Assembly (NCBI GenBank): GCA_017397005.1
Contig: JAFQKJ010000140.1
Coordinates: 7,027-71,026 of the forward strand
Source: Bacillota bacterium
Lineage (GTDB): Bacteria; Bacillota; Clostridia; Peptostreptococcales; Anaerovoracaceae
Direction: 5' to 3'
Length of the DNA: 64,000 nt
Position numbers and translations under genes: made by a program. Below, piece after piece: positions 20,196 to 29,544 of this stretch (within the stretch, counting starts at the first letter, position 1; the number at the start of each line of letters is the position of its first letter). Under the pieces are notes generated by a model. The model was not told the origin of the DNA. It saw only the letters and a program-made list of their open reading frames with translations, and ran no database searches.

Positions 20196-22940
20196 CTAGT
20201 TTTCCTTTCCGCAGCAGTTCTTGTACTTTTTCCCGCTTCCGCAAGGGCACATATCATTTCTGCCAACCTTTGGAGCTTTTCTGATAGGTTCCTGCGCCGG
20301 CTTGCTGCTTCCCGAATTATTGTTCAAAGGAGCTTCCACTCCCTGAGCTCTGTTTACTTCATCATCCACAAACTCTGTTTTAACGGCAGCTCCTCCGCCT
20401 GCTACCTGACTTCTGTCTGTAGATGTTTCAACAGTTGCGTTGAAACAGTATTTTACCATATCATCTTTGATGCTCTTGATCATCAGTTCAAACATTTCGA
20501 AACCTTCTTTTGCATAAGCCGCTGTAGGATTTTCATGGCCTATAGCTCTGAGTCCTATGCCTTGTCTGAGCTGATCCATAGCATCGATATGATCGATCCA
20601 TTTAGTATCTACTACTTTAAGAAGTATCATTCTTTCAACTTCTCTTATCCTGTCGAAACCTATTTCTTCTTCCTTTTTGCTGTAGATCTCTTCAAACTGT
20701 TCCATTATTGCATCTTTGACATCTGATTCTTCCATCTCAAGAATATTGTCAAAATGCAGCTGCGGAGCATTTGCACATATCTTGTTGATATTTTTCTGAA
20801 GCTCTTCAAGATCCCATTCTTCCTGGTATTTTGAAGCAACCGCCATCATTTCAACATATTCCGCAACGATCTCATCCAGCATGGAGAAAAGATGATCTCT
20901 GAGGTTTTCCCCTTCAAGTACACGCTTTCTTTCTCTGTACACAACTTCTCTTTGTTTGTTCATAACGTTGTCGTACTGAAGGATAAACTTTCTGAGGGAG
21001 AAGTTTCTGCCTTCCACCTTTTTCTGCGCGTTTTCTATTGATTTGGTAAGAACATTTGCTTCTATAGCTTCATCTTCCGCCATACCCATTTTCTTTACCA
21101 TAGTCTGGATCTTTTCTCCTCCGAATATCCTCATAAGAGGATCTTCCAGAGAAACGAAATACTGGGATGATCCCGGGTCACCCTGACGGCCAGAACGTCC
21201 TCTGAGCTGGTTGTCTACACGCCTTGACTCATAACGTTCTGTTCCTATTATATGCAGTCCGCCGACTTCAACCACTTTATCATGTTCTTCCTGTCTTTCC
21301 TCTTTATATTTATTATAAAGGGATTTATATTCATCTCTGGCAGCTATGAGTGCAGGATCAGTGAGATATATCATGCTTGAAGCATAGGATATGGTTTCTT
21401 CATCATAACCTTTTTTTCTCATATCCTGTTTTGCAAGGAACTCAGGATTTCCACCTAAAATAATGTCCGTACCTCTGCCTGCCATATTGGTCGCAATAGT
21501 CACCGCTCCTAATCTTCCTGCTTCTGCAATGATAGATGCTTCCTGTTCATGATGCTTTGCATTGAGGACATTATGCTTAATTCCTTTCTTTTTAAGAATA
21601 GCGCTTATCTTTTCGGAATTCTGAATAGAAATAGTTCCTACCAGCAGAGGCTGACCTGCCGCATGCCTTTCTTCTATTGATTTAATGATAGCACTGTATT
21701 TGCCCTGTTCCGTAGCATATACTGAGTCCGGATCATCTCTTCTTATAGTAGGTTTATTTGTAGGAATGCTTACAACATCAAGATTGTAGATCTCTCTGAA
21801 TTCTTCTTCTTCTGTTTTGGCTGTACCTGTCATCCCTGCAAGCTTGCTGTATCCTCTGAAGAGATTCTGTATGGTTATAGATCCCAAAGTTCTGGATTCT
21901 CTTTTAACTCTTAGATTTTCTTTTGCTTCTATAGCCTGATGGAGACCGTCTCCGTATCTTCTTCCGAACATAAGTCTTCCGGTCAGGTCATCAACGATGA
22001 CCACTTCTCCGTCTTTTACTATATAGTCAACATCTCTCTGCATAAGATCCCTTGCCTTAAGAGCAATGATAATATGATGGTTCAGCGCCATATTTTCAGG
22101 ATCCGAAAGATTTTCTATATTAAAATGTTTTTCTATGGCAGCCACACCCTGGTCTGTAAAGGAAATGCTCTTGTCCTTTTCATCCACGAGGTAGTCTTCT
22201 TCCCTTATAAGCTTACGTATATATGAATTTGCCACTTGATACATTTCTGTGGATTTATTGCCTTCTCCAGAGATCGCAAGAGGAGTCCTTGCTTCATCCA
22301 CAAGCACGCTGTCTACTTCGTCGACTATAGCATAATGCAGTCCTCTCTGAAGTCTTTGATCTGCATATATTACCATATTGTCCCTAAGGAAGTCGAATCC
22401 CAGCTCATTGTTTGTAGCATAAGTTATATCGCAGGCATATGCAGCCCTTCTTTCTTCTAGAGACATGCCTCCTACGATGCAGCCTACAGTAAGTCCCAGA
22501 TATTTATACAGTCTTCCCATCCATTCCATATCACGCTTTGCAAGATAGTCATTGACAGTTACTATATGAACTCCTTTACCTTCAAGAGCATTGAGATATG
22601 CTGCTAAAGTTGCCACCAGTGTTTTACCTTCGCCGGTATTCATTTCAGCAATTTTTCCCTGATGAAGGACTACGCCCCCTACAAGCTGAACGTAATAATG
22701 TCTCATACCTAAAGTTCTGTCTGCAGCTTCTCGGCACACAGCAAAAGCTTCCGGCAAAATGTCATCCAAAGTTTCTCCTTCTGCAAGTCTTGTTCGGAAT
22801 ACTTCTGCCATCCCCTGCAGCTGCTCATCTGAATACTCTCTCATCTGATCTTCCAGTCTGTCAGCCAGATCTGCGATCTTCTCTAACTTTTTTACCTCTT
22901 TTTCGTTTAAATCTCCAAATATCTTTTCTAAAAATCCCAT
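20196..22940 (-). CDS. secA: preprotein translocase ATPase SecA
   Basis: The track ORF runs to 22970. The SecA-like N-terminus MGFLEKIFGD begins at 22940. It has DEAD-like motor motifs (EMNTGEGKTLV, DEVDSVLVDEARTPL) and a C-terminal zinc finger (CPCGSGKKYKNCCG). Confidence 0.95.
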   Translation of the reverse strand: MGFLEKIFGDLNEKEVKKLEKIADLADRLEDQMREYSDEQLQGMAEVFRTRLAEGETLDDILPEAFAVCREAADRTLGMRHYYVQLVGGVVLHQGKIAEMNTGEGKTLVATLAAYLNALEGKGVHIVTVNDYLAKRDMEWMGRLYKYLGLTVGCIVGGMSLEERRAAYACDITYATNNELGFDFLRDNMVIYADQRLQRGLHYAIVDEVDSVLVDEARTPLAISGEGNKSTEMYQVANSYIRKLIREEDYLVDEKDKSISFTDQGVAAIEKHFNIENLSDPENMALNHHIIIALKARDLMQRDVDYIVKDGEVVIVDDLTGRLMFGRRYGDGLHQAIEAKENLRVKRESRTLGSITIQNLFRGYSKLAGMTGTAKTEEEEFREIYNLDVVSIPTNKPTIRRDDPDSVYATEQGKYSAIIKSIEERHAAGQPLLVGTISIQNSEKISAILKKKGIKHNVLNAKHHEQEASIIAEAGRLGAVTIATNMAGRGTDIILGGNPEFLAKQDMRKKGYDEETISYASSMIYLTDPALIAARDEYKSLYNKYKEERQEEHDKVVEVGGLHIIGTERYESRRVDNQLRGRSGRQGDPGSSQYFVSLEDPLMRIFGGEKIQTMVKKMGMAEDEAIEANVLTKSIENAQKKVEGRNFSLRKFILQYDNVMNKQREVVYRERKRVLEGENLRDHLFSMLDEIVAEYVEMMAVASKYQEEWDLEELQKNINKICANAPQLHFDNILEMEESDVKDAIMEQFEEIYSKKEEEIGFDRIREVERMILLKVVDTKWIDHIDAMDQLRQGIGLRAIGHENPTAAYAKEGFEMFELMIKSIKDDMVKYCFNATVETSTDRSQVAGGGAAVKTEFVDDEVNRAQGVEAPLNNNSGSSKPAQEPIRKAPKVGRNDMCPCGSGKKYKNCCGKEN

Positions 22941-22986
22941 TTTTTTCTCCATTATTTTAAGGGCAGACAACAGTCCGCCCTCTTTT

Positions 22987-23238
22987 TTATCTTAACCCGA
23001 ATAAATCTGCTCCGCATGTGTGGAATGCGTAAAGATGCACCAAAACAACAACAAATATAAGCACAAGGATCTTTATCCAGTTATTGCTGCGGTCTTTTCT
23101 TTTTCTCCCATGTTCATCATATTCAACTCTTCTTTTTTTCGGAGCCTTCTCCTGCTTAAACTGCGGAAGTGGATCCAGTTCCTCTACAGATTCCATTGTA
23201 TCGTTTTCGATCTCGTAATCTTGATATACGTTTTTCAT
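22987..23238 (-). CDS. small hypothetical membrane protein (83 aa)
   Basis: The ORF has an acidic/basic N-terminal half and a single C-terminal TM segment (WIKILVLIFVVVLVHLYAF). It is wedged between aspartate kinase and secA. I recognise no family. Confidence 0.4.
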   Translation of the reverse strand: MKNVYQDYEIENDTMESVEELDPLPQFKQEKAPKKRRVEYDEHGRKRKDRSNNWIKILVLIFVVVLVHLYAFHTCGADLFGLR

Positions 23239-23276
23239 AATGTTTCCCTCACAAAATTGTTCTTTCAGCTGTACTT

Positions 23277-24611
23277 CTATTTCATTAAAGATTTTTCTTC
23301 AACAAAAGCTTTATAAATAGCTTTGATGGCAGTTTCAAAGTCAGCCTCTTCTACCCCTACTATAATATTCATTTCGCTTGATCCCTGGTCTATCATCCTG
23401 ATATTGACACCTGCTTGATACAAAGCAGTAAACAGTGTTGCTGAAACACCCGGTCTTTTTATCATTCCGTGACCAACGGTTGCGATCAATGCCAGATTTG
23501 AGTGCACTTCCAATGTATCCGGACTCATTTTCCTCTGAATATCATCCAAAAGATCTCCAAGTATGCCTTCAAGTCTCTGGCTTGAAATAACTATAGATAC
23601 CGTATCGATCCCTGATGGGAGATGTTCAAAAGAAATGTTATAGTTTTCCATGATCGTAAGCAGTCTCTTTACATATCCTACTTCCGAATTCATATTATCT
23701 TTGTATATTGCTATTACAGTGAATCCTTTTCTTCCGGAAATACCTGTTATTATCTCCTCTGTTCCTTCTGAGATGTCTTCTCCCACTATTACAGTCCCCG
23801 GGTGATCCGGCTGGTTTGTGTTTCTGATATTGATAGGGATATTTGCCCCTTTTACCGGGAAGATAGCTTCATCGTGAAGAACAGATGCTCCCATATAAGA
23901 AAGTTCTCTGAGTTCCTTATATGTAACTCTTGAGATAGGCTTTGCGTTTTCTACGATCCTTGGGTCCGCCATCAGGAAGCCTGAAACGTCAGTCCAGTTT
24001 TCATAAACTTCTGCATCTACCGCTCTAGCCACCAAAGCTCCTGTTATATCAGAACCACCTCGCGAAAAAGTCTTGATGCTGCCGTCAGGTTTGGCTCCGT
24101 AAAACCCCGGAAGGACAGCTCTTTCATGTTTAGCCAGCTCTTTAGTCAAAGCTTCGTTTGTTTCCTCAGGCATAAACTTTCCGTTTGCATCGAAGAATAT
24201 GCAGTCTTTAGGATCTACAAAATCAAATCCAAAGAAGTTTGCCGCAAGCACTGCACTCAGATATTCTCCTCTGCTGGCAATATAGTCATTGCTGGCTCCG
24301 TTCATTAGATTTTCCTTGATTTCCATAAAATAAGGATCTATATCCAGATCAAGACCCAGATTCATTATCATTATTTTAAATCTGTCCCATATTACCTGGA
24401 ACACCTGATGGAAAGGCACATTGTGTTCAATATGTGTCTTGCAGAGATAAAGCAGGTCTGTGAGCTTACTGTCTTCAGCAAACCTTTTTCCCGGAGCGGA
24501 TACAACTATGTATCTTCTTTCCGGATCTGACATTACTATATCTCTAACTTTTGTCATCTGAATGGCATCCGCCACAGATGATCCGCCAAATTTTGCTACT
24601 TTTACGCCCAT
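23277..24611 (-). CDS. aspartate kinase
   Basis: 444-aa ORF with the amino-acid-kinase N-terminus VAKFGGSSVAD and SRGGSDITGA. The C-terminal segments are ACT-like. Confidence 0.88.
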   Translation of the reverse strand: MGVKVAKFGGSSVADAIQMTKVRDIVMSDPERRYIVVSAPGKRFAEDSKLTDLLYLCKTHIEHNVPFHQVFQVIWDRFKIMIMNLGLDLDIDPYFMEIKENLMNGASNDYIASRGEYLSAVLAANFFGFDFVDPKDCIFFDANGKFMPEETNEALTKELAKHERAVLPGFYGAKPDGSIKTFSRGGSDITGALVARAVDAEVYENWTDVSGFLMADPRIVENAKPISRVTYKELRELSYMGASVLHDEAIFPVKGANIPINIRNTNQPDHPGTVIVGEDISEGTEEIITGISGRKGFTVIAIYKDNMNSEVGYVKRLLTIMENYNISFEHLPSGIDTVSIVISSQRLEGILGDLLDDIQRKMSPDTLEVHSNLALIATVGHGMIKRPGVSATLFTALYQAGVNIRMIDQGSSEMNIIVGVEEADFETAIKAIYKAFVEEKSLMK

Positions 24612-24670
24612 AATAATACTTCTCTCCTTGAACTTTTATTATATATGGATTCTAAATCATAAGCAAGGAT

Positions 24671-25816
24671 TTACTTAAACTTCTCCGCTGCTTTTCTAAG
24701 GATATCTGTCTTATCCGTCTTTTCCCAAGGAATGTCTATGTCTGTTCTTCCCATATGACCGTAAGCAGCAACCTGTCTGTATATCGGTCTTCTAAGGTCT
24801 AATGCTTTGATTATTCCTTTCGGTGTAAAATCAAACTGTTCTGCTGCGATCTGAGCAATGTCTTCATCTGCGATCACACCTGTTCCAAAAGTCTCTACCA
24901 TTACCGATACAGGTTCTGCAACTCCTATAGCATAAGCCAGCTGTATTTCACATTTTTCAGCCAGACCTGCAGCTACGATATTTTTAGCAGCGTATCTTGC
25001 TGCGTATGCAGCACTTCTGTCAACTTTTGTTGGATCTTTTCCTGAGAAAGCTCCGCCGCCGTGTCTTGCATATCCGCCGTAGGTGTCTACGATGATCTTT
25101 CTGCCTGTAAGACCGGAATCTCCTTTTGGCCCTCCTGTAACAAATCTTCCTGTTGGGTTTACAAAATATTTAGTTTCATCATCAAGAAGTTCTGCAGGCA
25201 CTACTGCTTTGATAACATATTCTATGATATCTTTTCTTATCTGTTCTTGTTCAACATCTTCATCATGCTGTGTTGATATAAGGACTGTATCAACTCTCTT
25301 AGGTTTATCTCCTTCGTATTCAACAGTTACCTGAGTTTTTCCGTCAGGTCTTAAATATGTAAGGACGCCTTCTTTTCTTACCTGTGTAAGTCTTCTTGCT
25401 AATTTATGTGCAAGAGATATCGGCATTGGCATAAGTTCTTCTGTTTCATTGCACGCATAGCCAAACATAAGACCCTGGTCCCCCGCTCCGTCTCTGTCAA
25501 CACCCATAGCGATGTCTCCTGACTGTTCATCTATAGAAGTTATAACAGCGCAGTTTTCAGCATCAAAGCCGTACTTTCCTCTTGTATAACCAATGTCTGT
25601 GATAACGTTTCTTATAAGTTTAGGAATGTCGATGTAACACTGTGTAGTGATCTCCCCAACCACCAGTACAAGGCCTGTTGTCACTGTTGTTTCTGCAGCA
25701 ACTCTGCCCATTGGATCCTGTTCTAAGATAGCGTCCAAGATGGCATCTGAGATCTGGTCGCATATTTTATCAGGATGGCCTTCGGTAACGGATTCTGATG
25801 TAAATAATCTCTTCAT
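24671..25816 (-). CDS. metK: S-adenosylmethionine synthase
   Basis: 381-aa ORF with [32 protein letters not shown] and [16 protein letters not shown]. Confidence 0.96.
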   Translation of the reverse strand: MKRLFTSESVTEGHPDKICDQISDAILDAILEQDPMGRVAAETTVTTGLVLVVGEITTQCYIDIPKLIRNVITDIGYTRGKYGFDAENCAVITSIDEQSGDIAMGVDRDGAGDQGLMFGYACNETEELMPMPISLAHKLARRLTQVRKEGVLTYLRPDGKTQVTVEYEGDKPKRVDTVLISTQHDEDVEQEQIRKDIIEYVIKAVVPAELLDDETKYFVNPTGRFVTGGPKGDSGLTGRKIIVDTYGGYARHGGGAFSGKDPTKVDRSAAYAARYAAKNIVAAGLAEKCEIQLAYAIGVAEPVSVMVETFGTGVIADEDIAQIAAEQFDFTPKGIIKALDLRRPIYRQVAAYGHMGRTDIDIPWEKTDKTDILRKAAEKFK

Positions 25817-25834
25817 ATTTTTCCTCCAAAAACA

Positions 25835-25985
25835 ATAAAAACTCTTCTATCAGAAGAAGAGGCTGCTAACTTTTGTCTTTTTCCTCATCTTCCAGAATAC
25901 TCTGCAGGAATTAGCACCTTAAATCTGATGTTCAGGTTGCCGGGCTTCACAGGGCCTGTCCCTCAGCCTCTCTTGATAAGGTATT
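25835..25985 (-). promoter_or_regulatory. SAM-I (S-box) riboswitch with expression-platform terminator
   Basis: The minus-strand RNA reads CUUAUCAAGAGAGGCUGAGGGACAGGCCCUGUGAAGCCCGGCAACC...AAGGUGCUAAUUCCUGCAG, which matches the S-box consensus. The terminator is CUCUUCUUCUGAUAGAAGAG (about 25842-25862) plus a U tract. ORF 25919-26131 overlaps it and is rejected. Confidence 0.9.
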
Positions 25986-25997
25986 TTTGATGGGTGT

Positions 25998-26026
25998 ATT
26001 TTATAGCTTAAGCGGGATATTGTCAA
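25998..26026 (-). promoter_or_regulatory. promoter candidate for the SAM riboswitch / metK transcript
   Basis: On the minus strand: TTGACA (26026-26021), a 17-nt spacer, then TAAAAT (26003-25998). Confidence 0.5.
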
Positions 26027-26157
26027 TATTTTTTTGAAAAGCCGCATGCAAAGAAGAGATTTCTTAATAATATTTCGCCATTTGTTCAAACAGTTGAAAA
26101 ATACACCTTTCAACGATAAAATAAATACCAAAGGATTCTATCGTTCAGAGGTGTGGT

Positions 26158-26859
26158 ATGCGCAAAGTATTAGGATGTATAAAAAGAGCTCAGAAAGAAT
26201 TCGATCTTATCTGTGAAGGCGACGTGGTCGCAGTAGGCGTTTCCGGAGGCAAAGACAGCATGGTGCTTCTTCATGCTCTGGATCTTTACAGAAATTTCAG
26301 CCCTGTTTCCTATGAACTCAAAGCTATAACTATAGATATGGGCTTTGAGGGCTTTGACATAGCCACAATAGAAGACTTCTGCAAAGCTCACGGCATAGAG
26401 TTTATAAAAGCTGAAACAGAAATGGGAAAACTCATCTTTGAAGATAAAAAAGAGAATAATCCCTGCAGCTTATGCTCAAGGATGAGAAGAGGTCTGCTGA
26501 ACAGACTGTGCGATGAAAACGGCATAACAAAACTCGCTCTGGGGCATCACGGCGACGACCTTATAGAATCTTTTTTAATGAGTATGCTGTTTGAGAGCAG
26601 GCTTAATACATTTAAAGCCAAAACTTTTTTTGAGAGAGCAAGAGTTATCCAAATAAGACCTATGATATATGCACAAGAGCAGGATATAGCTGAAGCCGCC
26701 GAAAAACATGGGATCCCTTCAGTAAAAAACCCGTGCCCAGCATCCGGTCTTACTCAACGAGAGTCTATGAAATCCCTTACTGATATCCTCGAAAACACTT
26801 CAGGACAGTCAAGAACTCACATTATAAATGCTCTGTGCAGATCCGGCCTGATAATATAA
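26158..26859 (+). CDS. ttcA: PP-loop ATPase, TtcA-like tRNA 2-thiocytidine synthetase family
   Basis: 233-aa ORF with the PP-loop SGGKDS and the CSLCSRMRRG motif typical of TtcA-type enzymes. Confidence 0.75.
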   Translation: MRKVLGCIKRAQKEFDLICEGDVVAVGVSGGKDSMVLLHALDLYRNFSPVSYELKAITIDMGFEGFDIATIEDFCKAHGIEFIKAETEMGKLIFEDKKENNPCSLCSRMRRGLLNRLCDENGITKLALGHHGDDLIESFLMSMLFESRLNTFKAKTFFERARVIQIRPMIYAQEQDIAEAAEKHGIPSVKNPCPASGLTQRESMKSLTDILENTSGQSRTHIINALCRSGLII

Positions 26860-26905
26860 ATGCCGTACATTATGTAAACCACGCACCCAGGATTGTTTGG
26901 AACAT

Positions 26906-27079
26906 TTATCCACAGGATAAAATCACGATTTTTAAACGTTTTTGGCATCTCTGTCATATTTCTGTAATCTTTCCCCAGATTTATCCCCCGTTTTGTGTGG
27001 ATTAATACTCAAGGAACAAACGTTGAAATTTCAATGATCTTATATATACCCCCAAAATGTTTTCCACAAGTTATCCACA
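26906..27079. promoter_or_regulatory. DnaA-box cluster
   Basis: Perfect TTATCCACA boxes at 26906-26914 and 27071-27079. One-mismatch boxes: TTTTCCACA at 27060-27068, and TAATCCACA (reverse strand) at 26996-27004. A two-mismatch TTATCCCCC lies at 26981-26989. Confidence 0.7.
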
Positions 27080-27140
27080 GTTCAAAGAGGGTTTTTGCTT
27101 TTTTTTTAGAAAACCTTGTGAAAAACTCTAAATGCTGCTC

Positions 27141-27878
27141 CTATTGGGACAGAACAACCGAAATTTCTTCTTTTTTTATTTTCCCTGTCTGAATAAAATG
27201 TTCTTTCATTGCTTCTACTATTATCTCCGCCAGCTTATCTTGATATTCCTTTTCTCTGAGTTTCTTAGATTCCTCTTTATTTGAGATAAACCCGCACTCT
27301 ACCAGCACTAAAGGTGCCGACGTATTTTTCATTATAAGTATATCGTCCTTAGACATAGGAACTCGTTCGTTTTCAGGATCAAGCTCTGATCTTATCTTTT
27401 CCTGTATAAGCTCCGCTATTATCTTTCCTTCCTCCGAGCCGGGCGGATAAAACGTTTGCGCCCCTTTTACCTGCTGAGAAGGATAGCTGTTTAAGTGTAT
27501 GCTTACCGCTCCATCAGCATCAGAGTCGTTTATCATTTCACGACGTTTTTTCAGATCTTCAGTTTTTTTGCCCCTTATACTGCCTTTTCCCTCAGAATAC
27601 AGCCCCTTGTCCTCATCTCTTGTCATAAGAACATACCATCCCTCCTCTTCTGCTTTTTCCTTTATCTTCATACCTATAGCAAGATTTATGTCCTTTTCGC
27701 AGACACCGGCGCTGCTCTCTGCACCTCCGTCTATACCTCCATGGCCGGGATCTACCACTATGGTTATTTTTCCTGTGCCCCCTATAACGTTTTTTATCTC
27801 CTGAGGGCATCCCAAAATCAGAGCTGCCGCTGTTACGAGTACCAGGATGCCTAAGGCAAAAAATATTTTTTTCCGCAT
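27141..27878 (-). CDS. cwlD: N-acetylmuramoyl-L-alanine amidase, CwlD-like
   Basis: Amidase_3 motifs IVVDPGHGGIDGGA, SIHLNS and GAQTFY, with an N-terminal signal/anchor. The track ORF starts at 27899; MRKKIFF at 27878 is the more likely start. Confidence 0.82.
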   Translation of the reverse strand: MRKKIFFALGILVLVTAAALILGCPQEIKNVIGGTGKITIVVDPGHGGIDGGAESSAGVCEKDINLAIGMKIKEKAEEEGWYVLMTRDEDKGLYSEGKGSIRGKKTEDLKKRREMINDSDADGAVSIHLNSYPSQQVKGAQTFYPPGSEEGKIIAELIQEKIRSELDPENERVPMSKDDILIMKNTSAPLVLVECGFISNKEESKKLREKEYQDKLAEIIVEAMKEHFIQTGKIKKEEISVVLSQ

Positions 27879-27956
27879 TTTCTTCACTCCTTCGTACAAT
27901 ATATGCTATGATTTATTCACACAGTATAATTCCAATAAAAAACGAAAGGGAAAAAC

Positions 27957-29123
27957 ATGACAGAAAAACTTTTTCAGATAGATCCTTATTTAAAACAGAC
28001 AGAAGCCGAGATAGTTGAGGTTTCTGAAGACACTTTGGCCCTTGACAGGACCATCTTTGCTCCGGAAGCCGGAGGTCAGGCCAGCGATCTTGGAACGATA
28101 GACGGAATAGACATGCTCCATGCAGAAGAAAAAGACGGTATCGTGTATCATAAAATGGCAGACATTCCTTCAGGATTTAAAGCCGGCGCGAAAGTAAAAC
28201 TTGAACTGGACTGGGAAACTCGTTTTGACCATATGCAGAATCACTGCGGAGAACATATTATTTCCGGCATTCTGTTCACAAAGTACGGCATAGGAAACAA
28301 AGGCTTCCATTTGGGGAGCGAATTCTCAACTTTGGATGCAGATATGAAACAAATGCCTCAGGAAATGGTGGATGAAGTAGAACGTCTTGCCAACAAAGCC
28401 GTATTTTCAGCCGTTCCTGTCACAGTGGATATGATCGAATCAAAGGAAGAGGCGCAAAAGCTTCCATTAAGAAAAGAGCTCAAAGTCGATGAAGATATTT
28501 CCATAGTTACTATCCCGGGAATAGACTGCGTTGCCTGCTGCTGTCCTCATCCTTCAGATACATCCCAGGTAGGCCTTATTAAAATCATAAAAGCAGAAAA
28601 CTACAAAGGAATGACCCGTATTTATTTCAAATGCGGCATGAGAGCCTTTGAGGACTACAAACTTAAACACGATATCATCACCGTTCTTAATAAGAAATAC
28701 TCTTCGGAAGAGCATAATCTCATAGAAAACATCAAGATCCAGGATAATAAAAACAACGAGATGCGTCGGGATCTTTACGCTATGAAGTCCAAATTCGCTC
28801 TTATGGAAGCAGAACGTCTTGTTGCTGACTCAGAAAAAGTCGTTTCTTTTGAATACGACGATCAAAGTCTGGACGACCTTAAATTTATGGCCAAGAAGAT
28901 AATGGAGATAACAGATCTTCCGGTGATCCTCTCTTCCACCTCCTGCATGACAGTGCTGCTTACTCATTCCGGCAAAAGCAAGCTTAAATGCGGCAAGCTG
29001 GTCAAGGAATTTGCCTGCGGCTTTGGCGGCAAGGGCGGAGGCAGTGATACTCTGGCTCAGGCTCTGTTCAGCGATGTGGAAATAATGAGAAATTTTGTAA
29101 AAATTTCATTGATGTCAGTCTGA
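27957..29123 (+). CDS. AlaX-type alanyl-tRNA editing protein (AlaRS second-additional-domain family)
   Basis: 388-aa ORF with zinc-site motifs HCGEHII (HxxxH) and CCCPH (CxxxH). The N-terminus (DPYLKQTEAEIV) resembles the AlaX N-domain. Confidence 0.75.
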   Translation: MTEKLFQIDPYLKQTEAEIVEVSEDTLALDRTIFAPEAGGQASDLGTIDGIDMLHAEEKDGIVYHKMADIPSGFKAGAKVKLELDWETRFDHMQNHCGEHIISGILFTKYGIGNKGFHLGSEFSTLDADMKQMPQEMVDEVERLANKAVFSAVPVTVDMIESKEEAQKLPLRKELKVDEDISIVTIPGIDCVACCCPHPSDTSQVGLIKIIKAENYKGMTRIYFKCGMRAFEDYKLKHDIITVLNKKYSSEEHNLIENIKIQDNKNNEMRRDLYAMKSKFALMEAERLVADSEKVVSFEYDDQSLDDLKFMAKKIMEITDLPVILSSTSCMTVLLTHSGKSKLKCGKLVKEFACGFGGKGGGSDTLAQALFSDVEIMRNFVKISLMSV

Positions 29124-29137
29124 TCCCCATATATAAT
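29109..29137 (+). promoter_or_regulatory. sigma-A-type promoter candidate for the nitrogenase-like cluster
   Basis: TTGATG (29109-29114), a 17-nt spacer, then a perfect TATAAT (29132-29137). It overlaps the 3' end of the alaX-like gene. Confidence 0.55.
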
Positions 29138-29167
29138 ATAATTAGAAAATCTGATATCGAAATTTTA

Positions 29168-29229
29168 TTGAGATAGAAGATGCGGCAACACGGAATAAAC
29201 CGTATCTTTTTGATGCGGTTTTTTGTTTT
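29168..29229 (+). promoter_or_regulatory. leader 1: conserved box plus antiterminator/terminator switch
   Basis: The box is TTGAGATAGAAGATGCGGCAA (29168-29188). AGAUGCGG (29178-29185) can pair with CCGUAUCU (29200-29207). The alternative is the terminator AAACCGUAUC-UUUUU-GAUGCGGUUU (29197-29221) plus a U-rich tail, which ends 19 nt before the ATG at 29248. Confidence 0.6.
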
Positions 29230-29247
29230 GCATCTACAGGAGGTAAC

Positions 29248-29496
29248 ATGGAAACAAGAGTAGCCATTATAGGCATAATAGTTGAAAATGTGGATGCTGC
29301 AGAAGAGATCAACGAGCATCTCCACAACTACGGAGCTTACATCATCGGCAGGATGGGGATCCCTTACAGAGAAAAAGGTATAAGCATCATCAGTGTAGCT
29401 ATCGACGCACCTCAAGATGTCATCAACACTCTTGCAGGAAAGATAGGAAGGCTTCCGGGAGTAAGTACAAAAACAGTATACTCCACCACTAAATAA
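29248..29496 (+). CDS. TM1266-family small ACT/NikR-C-like protein (annotated elsewhere as a putative iron-only hydrogenase system regulator)
   Basis: 82-aa ORF with a strong Shine-Dalgarno sequence (AGGAGG). The sequence RVAIIGIIVEN...YIIGRMGIPYREKGISIISVAIDAP...LPGVSTKTVY matches my memory of the TM1266 family. It is paralogous to the C-terminus of the ABC ATPase at 30662-31741. Confidence 0.7.
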   Translation: METRVAIIGIIVENVDAAEEINEHLHNYGAYIIGRMGIPYREKGISIISVAIDAPQDVINTLAGKIGRLPGVSTKTVYSTTK

Positions 29497-29544
29497 CCGA
29501 TAAGAAAAAAGAATATCATGCTGCCCTGACATCAAAAACCTTGT

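Noticed and set aside
24612-24670. An L-box lysine riboswitch upstream of aspartate kinase.
   Set aside because: The gap is only 59 nt, far too short for an L-box aptamer.
25919-26131. 70-aa minus-strand ORF upstream of metK.
   Set aside because: It overlaps the SAM-I aptamer and its promoter, so it is not coding.
26860-27140. Interpreting the DnaA-box cluster as the chromosomal origin oriC.
   Set aside because: There is no dnaA, dnaN or rpmH nearby. I could identify no clear AT-rich DNA-unwinding repeat set. Gene orientation does not switch cleanly at this point. I keep it as a non-origin DnaA-box cluster candidate instead.
29068-29535. 155-aa minus-strand ORF, and the 61-aa ORF at 29142-29327, spanning the leader and the TM1266-like gene.
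   Set aside because: They are antisense to a plus-strand gene that has a strong Shine-Dalgarno sequence and a clear paralogue, and to the leader hairpins. Their sequence is Cys/Phe/Tyr-rich shadow-like and has no motifs.
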